From Gallionella sp. (lineage in GTDB: Bacteria; Pseudomonadota; Gammaproteobacteria; Burkholderiales; Gallionellaceae), in contig JAUSNM010000035.1 in the NCBI GenBank assembly GCA_030645535.1, positions 1,002 to 65,001 of the forward strand: a DNA stretch of 64,000 bases. The letters run 5' to 3'. A program made the translations under genes and the position numbers. Each line of letters opens with the position of its first letter. Position 1 is the stretch's first letter. Shown one piece after another: positions 59,291 to 64,000 of this stretch. Below the pieces are notes generated by a model that worked only from the letters and a program-made list of their open reading frames with translations, was not told the DNA's origin and did not search any database.

Positions 59291-60256
59291 ATGAAACCGT
59301 TCAGCAATTATTTGTTAAAGCTTTACCGTGGGGCGCTCGAGAGATCGGCTGATGAATTCAGGGATTGGGCACTGAATGAGACCAAGGCTCTCATCCCGTT
59401 CGACTCGTGCGTATGGGGGGCCGGAAGCTGGATGGCAGGTCAACCAAGGATACATTCGATACATCTGAATAACCTCGATGACGGATTTGTGACAAGCTGG
59501 ATTCAGCATCAACATGAAGACAAACTGGTCAGAGTGGCGCACATGAACATCAATCAAACGTTCAATGTGGATGTCGCAGCCGAATATTCGGGAACAGCCA
59601 TCCACGAATTCCATTGCAAGCGATTCGCGATGGAACATATTCTCGGCACCGCTACGATTGATACCGATACGCGCCTGTTCAATACCATGTCGTTATACCG
59701 TTCCGATCCGGACATTCCGTTCTCCGAAACGGAGCGCGCACTCAAGGAAGTGATATTTCCACATTTGATTGAGGCCGTTCGAAAAAACTGGGTGGCCAAT
59801 CTACACCATCTGTTTCCGGGAAATCAGCGGAGCAATTTCAATTCTGTGGCGACATGCGACTCTCTGGGTATTCTTCAGATCGCCATGCCTGCCTTTATCG
59901 AAATATGTCGGCTGGAATGGCCTGAATGGAGGGGGCCGGAATTGCCGCATGTGGTTCAGGAGTCCATGCGAAGCGGCACGTTAAAATTTGTAGGCGGGGA
60001 AATCGTAGTCTGCATGAGCCAGCTGAACGATTTATTACTGCTACGTGTTCGCCCGAAACTAGCTGCGGATGAATTGAGTCTGCGCGAACTGGAAGTAGCG
60101 CAAAGGTTTGCAGCCGGAGCAGACTACAAGACTATCGCGCAGGAACTTTCAGTCTCACCTTCGACGATTAAAGGACATTTGAATAAAATTTACACCAAGC
60201 TGGGCATCAACGAAAAAGCCAGCCTGGTCGCCGAGATCCGGCGGATGACGCACTAG
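59291..60256 (+). CDS. LuxR-family HTH transcriptional regulator with an N-terminal sensor domain
   Basis: C-terminal LSLRELEVA..GADYKTIAQELSVSPSTIKGHLNKIYTKLGI. Confidence 0.88.
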   Translation: MKPFSNYLLKLYRGALERSADEFRDWALNETKALIPFDSCVWGAGSWMAGQPRIHSIHLNNLDDGFVTSWIQHQHEDKLVRVAHMNINQTFNVDVAAEYSGTAIHEFHCKRFAMEHILGTATIDTDTRLFNTMSLYRSDPDIPFSETERALKEVIFPHLIEAVRKNWVANLHHLFPGNQRSNFNSVATCDSLGILQIAMPAFIEICRLEWPEWRGPELPHVVQESMRSGTLKFVGGEIVVCMSQLNDLLLLRVRPKLAADELSLRELEVAQRFAAGADYKTIAQELSVSPSTIKGHLNKIYTKLGINEKASLVAEIRRMTH

Positions 60257-60425
60257 CGCCAGTCGGCTGGTGGATAGACTCTGCATTTAAGCAGTCCATG
60301 CCAGGAAAGTTTTCGTTCCATATTTACGGCGGACAATGTTCATATAACGGGACAGAGGGACTGCAACTGATGCAGCCCTCCCAAAAAAACACCTTAAACC
60401 CGCCACAAGCTACAAGCTACCTTTA

Positions 60426-61823
60426 TCAGATCACCTTCGAGTAGCGCGCATGTTCGGTGCGGGTGCGCAGGTATTTGTCGAACACCATGCAGATATTGCG
60501 TATCAGCATGCGCCCCTTGGGCGTGACGCTGATCCATTCCTTTGATATCTGTAGCAGACCTTCGTGTTCATATTCGCGCAGCTCCTCCATCTCGGTGGCG
60601 AAATAGCTGTCAAAGTCAATCAGATAGGCGATATTGAGCGATTCTTTGGAAAGTTCGAAGTGGCACATCAAGGCCTGGATAATGGCACGGCGCACCAGGT
60701 CGTCGGCATTCAGTTCCAGACCACGCATGATAGGCAACTGATCCCTGTCCAGCGCATCGTAATAGTCTTCCAGCTCACGATAGTTCTGGCTGTAGGTAGG
60801 GCCAATCTTGCCGATGGAACTCACGCCGAGCGCGACCAGATCGCAATCGGAATGCGTGGAATAACCCTGAAAATTGCGATGCAGACGGCCCTGGCGCTGA
60901 GCCACGGCCAGTTCATCCTCAGGCTTGGCGAAGTGATCCATACCGATATAGACATAGCCGGCAGAAGTCAGTTTGTTCACAGCCATGCTGAGAATATCCA
61001 GCTTCACCTGAGGCGAGGGCATATCTTCTTCATGAATACGCCGCTGCGGTTTGAACAGGGTCGGCATGTGCGCGTAATTATAAATAGACAGGCGGTCAGG
61101 ATCGGCGGCAATGACCTTATCCAAAGTCACGCCAAAACCTTCAAGTGTCTGTTTTGGCAAGCCGTAAATCAGATCGATGCTCACCGACTTGAAACCGTTG
61201 GCACGCGCCGCATTGATGACACCCAATGTTTCTTCTTCAGACTGAATGCGGTTCACAGCACGCTGCACTTCATCATCAAAATCCTGCACGCCGATACTGA
61301 TGCGATTGAAACCCGCCGAGCCCAGCAACGCGATGGTCTCGTCGCTGACCTTGCGCGGATCAATCTCGATCGAGTACTCCCCGTCCGCCACCAGCTTGAA
61401 GTTCTCGCGTATCGCTGCCATCACCTGACGAATTTCATCGTCGCTCAGGAATGTCGGCGTACCGCCACCAAAGTGCAACTGTTCGACCACCTGACCTTTG
61501 CCCAGCAACTTCGCCTGCATCGCCATTTCCTTGATCAGATAGCGCACGTAATCGGCCGATTTGCTGCGATCCTTGGTGATCACCTTGTTGCACGCACAAT
61601 AGAAGCAGAGCGTATTGCAGAACGGAATATGGATATACAGCGACAATGGACGGCTGACACCGCCGATTTCGCGCTTCAACAGCCACTGGCTGTAAGTTTC
61701 GGCGTTGAAGGCCTCGACAAAACGATCTGCGGTCGGATAAGAGGTGTAGCGCGGGCCGTTCTTATCCAGCCTGCGTATCAGCTCCAGATCTACGACCAAT
61801 TGGTTGTCTGCGTTGTTCAACAT
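60426..61823 (-). CDS. hemN: Oxygen-independent coproporphyrinogen III oxidase
   Basis: GPRYTSYPTA, CNTLCFYC, GGGTP and HRNFQGY; start reassigned. Confidence 0.97.
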   Translation of the reverse strand: MLNNADNQLVVDLELIRRLDKNGPRYTSYPTADRFVEAFNAETYSQWLLKREIGGVSRPLSLYIHIPFCNTLCFYCACNKVITKDRSKSADYVRYLIKEMAMQAKLLGKGQVVEQLHFGGGTPTFLSDDEIRQVMAAIRENFKLVADGEYSIEIDPRKVSDETIALLGSAGFNRISIGVQDFDDEVQRAVNRIQSEEETLGVINAARANGFKSVSIDLIYGLPKQTLEGFGVTLDKVIAADPDRLSIYNYAHMPTLFKPQRRIHEEDMPSPQVKLDILSMAVNKLTSAGYVYIGMDHFAKPEDELAVAQRQGRLHRNFQGYSTHSDCDLVALGVSSIGKIGPTYSQNYRELEDYYDALDRDQLPIMRGLELNADDLVRRAIIQALMCHFELSKESLNIAYLIDFDSYFATEMEELREYEHEGLLQISKEWISVTPKGRMLIRNICMVFDKYLRTRTEHARYSKVI

Positions 61824-61880
61824 GAGTATCGCCGCTAATTGAATAGGCTGGCATAATGCCAGATCGCTTGTGAAACTGGT

Positions 61881-61894
61881 TTGATATATGTCAA
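61881..61894. promoter_or_regulatory. FNR box
   Basis: TTGATATATGTCAA, one mismatch to TTGAT-N4-ATCAA, between divergent hemN and fnr. Confidence 0.85.
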
Positions 61895-62032
61895 AAAGCG
61901 TGGCATATTCTAAACGTTGGCGAATAAAAGACGGCATTCAGAAGCCACGCTTCCTGCAACCCTATCCAATTATTGCTATTTACAAGGTAAGCTACGTGCC
62001 ACTACCCGTTTCAATCTGCCGGCCTGACGGAC

Positions 62033-62863
62033 ATGACAACTAAGTCATTACAGATGATAAAACCTGCCATATCAGCGCCCCTCTCTGCTGACGCTGATAG
62101 AGCTACCGGTGAAACAGCGGGCCAAACAGGAGGCAGTGACGCCGTCTCGCTGCGCAAGCCACTTGTTAATGCTGAGTGCTCCAGCTGCAACCTGGCCGAG
62201 CTTTGCCTGCCTGTCGATCTTACCTCCGTTGAGATGCATAAACTGGATGAGCTTATCACCTCGAAACGCAACTTTTCCCGCAGCGATTATCTGTATCGCA
62301 GCGGTGACAAATTTCGCTCCTTGTTCGCTATCCACAGCGGTTCTTTCAAGACCCAGATACTCCACGAAGACGGGCGAGAACAGGTCACCGGTTTTCAAAT
62401 GGCCGGCGAAATTATCGGTCTGGATGCGATCAGCACTGACGTTCATGCCTGCGATGCCGTAGCCCTTGAGAGCAGCCTGGTCTGCGAAATTCCATTCAAC
62501 AGGCTGGAGGCGTTAAGCCGTGATATTCCAAAGCTACAGCGCCATCTGCATAAAATCATGAGTCGTGAAATCGTGCGCGACCAGGGCATCATGCTGCTGC
62601 TGGGTTCGATGCGCGCCGAAGAGCGGCTGGCCGCATTCCTGCTCAACCTTTCACAGCGCTTCGCCGCACGAGGATTGTCGGCAACCCGATTCCAACTGCA
62701 AATGTCGCGTCAGGAAATTGGCAGCTATCTCGGATTAAAGCTTGAGACAGTCAGCCGCGCGTTCTCGCATTTTCAGAATGAAAGACTGATCAATGTGAAA
62801 GTGCGCACGATTGAAATAATTGACCTGCCGGGCTTACAAGCCAGTCTCACCAACACGCGTTAA
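62033..62863 (+). CDS. fnr: Fumarate/nitrate reduction regulator
   Basis: CSSCNLAELC plus VCEIP Cys ligands; HTH EIGSYLGLKLETVSR. Confidence 0.95.
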   Translation: MTTKSLQMIKPAISAPLSADADRATGETAGQTGGSDAVSLRKPLVNAECSSCNLAELCLPVDLTSVEMHKLDELITSKRNFSRSDYLYRSGDKFRSLFAIHSGSFKTQILHEDGREQVTGFQMAGEIIGLDAISTDVHACDAVALESSLVCEIPFNRLEALSRDIPKLQRHLHKIMSREIVRDQGIMLLLGSMRAEERLAAFLLNLSQRFAARGLSATRFQLQMSRQEIGSYLGLKLETVSRAFSHFQNERLINVKVRTIEIIDLPGLQASLTNTR

Positions 62864-63302
62864 TCTGAAACTCGTTTAAACTAAAAACGGCAGCTCAAGC
62901 CACATTAGCAGCGGCTCAGACGACGCTTTTGCGTCTTAGTCACTGCTTAGTTGCTTCACCATCAATAGCGGCTCAGTAAGCGTCTTTTCCCTCAAAATAA
63001 CGAGCTTTAGTTCATATATTTTTAGGGGAAGCCACTTGCGGGTTTGCTCACCTAGTCCGATATTGAGTTGTTTCACCAGAGTTCACGGAGAACACAGAGC
63101 GTTCCCGGGTTAATCAATCTCCCGTGGATTCACCCGAAATACAACTAAACAATTTTCTGCAACAATATGTTTATTATTGGTTTTCCCGGTGCTCTCTGCG
63201 TCAAAATGCTTTTTGCAGATTTAACGGCACCTAATCGTTTGACAGTCGCAGCGCTTGAGCGGATTATTCGCAACCTGAATCATTTACCGGAGATGAAGCA
63301 CT

Positions 63303-63806
63303 ATGGAACATCAAGTCACTGAAGCCGAAATTTCACGCGCAAAAAGTTTACACTCTATGCTGCTGTTTGACTTTATCGTCGTTCATGTTTTTGTTTTCGT
63401 ACTGGCTTTGAGCCTGCTCAAGGCAAGCTTCATACCGATCATGCTGATGCCTATGTTGTCCATCGCCTTGCTGGGCAGCGTGATATACAAGGCCTCGCGC
63501 GCCATCAGAAAGGAAGCCTCGGCATTTGTTCTTAGCCACAATTTACTTGCCGCCCAGCGCGCAAAGCTTTTTCTGCTGCTGTTTGTCGTGACCGGCACGT
63601 TAACTGCCGCACTGGTATTAGGTGGCGCGCAATTCGGCATGAGCAAGATAACCAGCTATGCGCTGGCTGCGGGGATCGGACAGATGCCATTCATGGTGGC
63701 TTTGCTAATACTGGTGGTCTTGGAATTTGACGCAGAGCACCAATGCAAGGATGGAAGAACTCCTGCTGCCGCACTGGCACTTCACTCTGCCCTCGTGAAG
63801 GTTTAG
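63303..63806 (+). CDS. Hypothetical membrane protein (about 4 TM helices)
   Basis: 167-aa hydrophobic ORF with GGAG upstream. Confidence 0.7.
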   Translation: MEHQVTEAEISRAKSLHSMLLFDFIVVHVFVFVLALSLLKASFIPIMLMPMLSIALLGSVIYKASRAIRKEASAFVLSHNLLAAQRAKLFLLLFVVTGTLTAALVLGGAQFGMSKITSYALAAGIGQMPFMVALLILVVLEFDAEHQCKDGRTPAAALALHSALVKV

Positions 63807-63807
63807 C

Positions 63808-64000
63808 ATGGATAAGAAAATAATTCTGGGGGTGATAGCCCTCATCGTTGTAACGATATCCATCGTCCTGATGATTCCTGATAATTCCGTCAGCACCCCT
63901 GACACGCTACCGTGGAAGATCACCCATCCGACACCTGACACCACCCGCGTTTTCGGCATTACGCTGGGTAAAAGCACACTCGATGAGGTAGCGCACACCT
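63808..64000 (+). CDS. Hypothetical exported/membrane-anchored protein (runs off window)
   Basis: Manual translation MDKKIILGVIALIVVTISIVLMIPD...LPWKI...TRVFGITLGKSTL, open to the window end. Confidence 0.7.
   Translation, partial: MDKKIILGVIALIVVTISIVLMIPDNSVSTPDTLPWKITHPTPDTTRVFGITLGKSTLDEVAHT

Noticed and set aside
60355-60390. Hairpin GAGGGACTGCA..TGCAGCCCTC between luxR and hemN as a terminator
   Set aside because: No T-tract follows it on either strand; the A-run is on the wrong side.
52342-60425. Island as a prophage, ICE or transposon
   Set aside because: No integrase, transposase, tRNA target or flanking direct repeat seen; treated only as an accessory region.
62908-62990. Direct repeat AGCGGCTCAG twice downstream of fnr
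   Set aside because: Only two 10-bp copies, with no supporting structure.

Overview
Bacterial chromosome segment, most consistent with a betaproteobacterium of the Gallionellaceae type (inferred from gene order and protein style, not from a database search). Backbone from left to right: a cobalamin-riboswitch-controlled corrinoid salvage operon (btuB-btuM-cobO-cobB-bluB-cbiB-cobD-cobQ-cobU); zapB-like, zapA and 6S RNA; DUF445 and EVE proteins; a RelA lacking its ACT domain; a membrane GGDEF-EAL protein; an APC permease; three tandem class I c-type cytochromes; yeaD-ilvD; lgt-corC; pilC-pilD-coaE-zapD-yacG; a MutT/ThiE fusion; a GAF-GGDEF-EAL protein; ubiX; the kdsD-kdsC-lptCAB-rpoN-hpf-ptsN-hprK-rapZ cluster; a CPA2 antiporter; mutY; asmA; hemN and fnr. 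Three things stand out. (1) An accessory island (about 52.4-60.3 kb) carries a four-gene operon of membrane-anchored proteins (three with zinc ribbons, one with a coiled coil and hydrophobic hairpin), a divergent LuxR-family regulator and a HEPN/MNT toxin-antitoxin pair. (2) A CBS-HEPN fusion gene sits between two inverted, roughly 230-245 bp structured repeats right after 6S RNA, with no recombinase. (3) There is a dense population of small repeat elements (bipartite heptamer arrays, C-rich/G-rich palindromes, TIR mini-elements), several inserted in frame and translated inside housekeeping proteins. No tRNA, rRNA, CRISPR array, integrase or transposase was seen. Many start codons were reassigned by eye from the ORF track.
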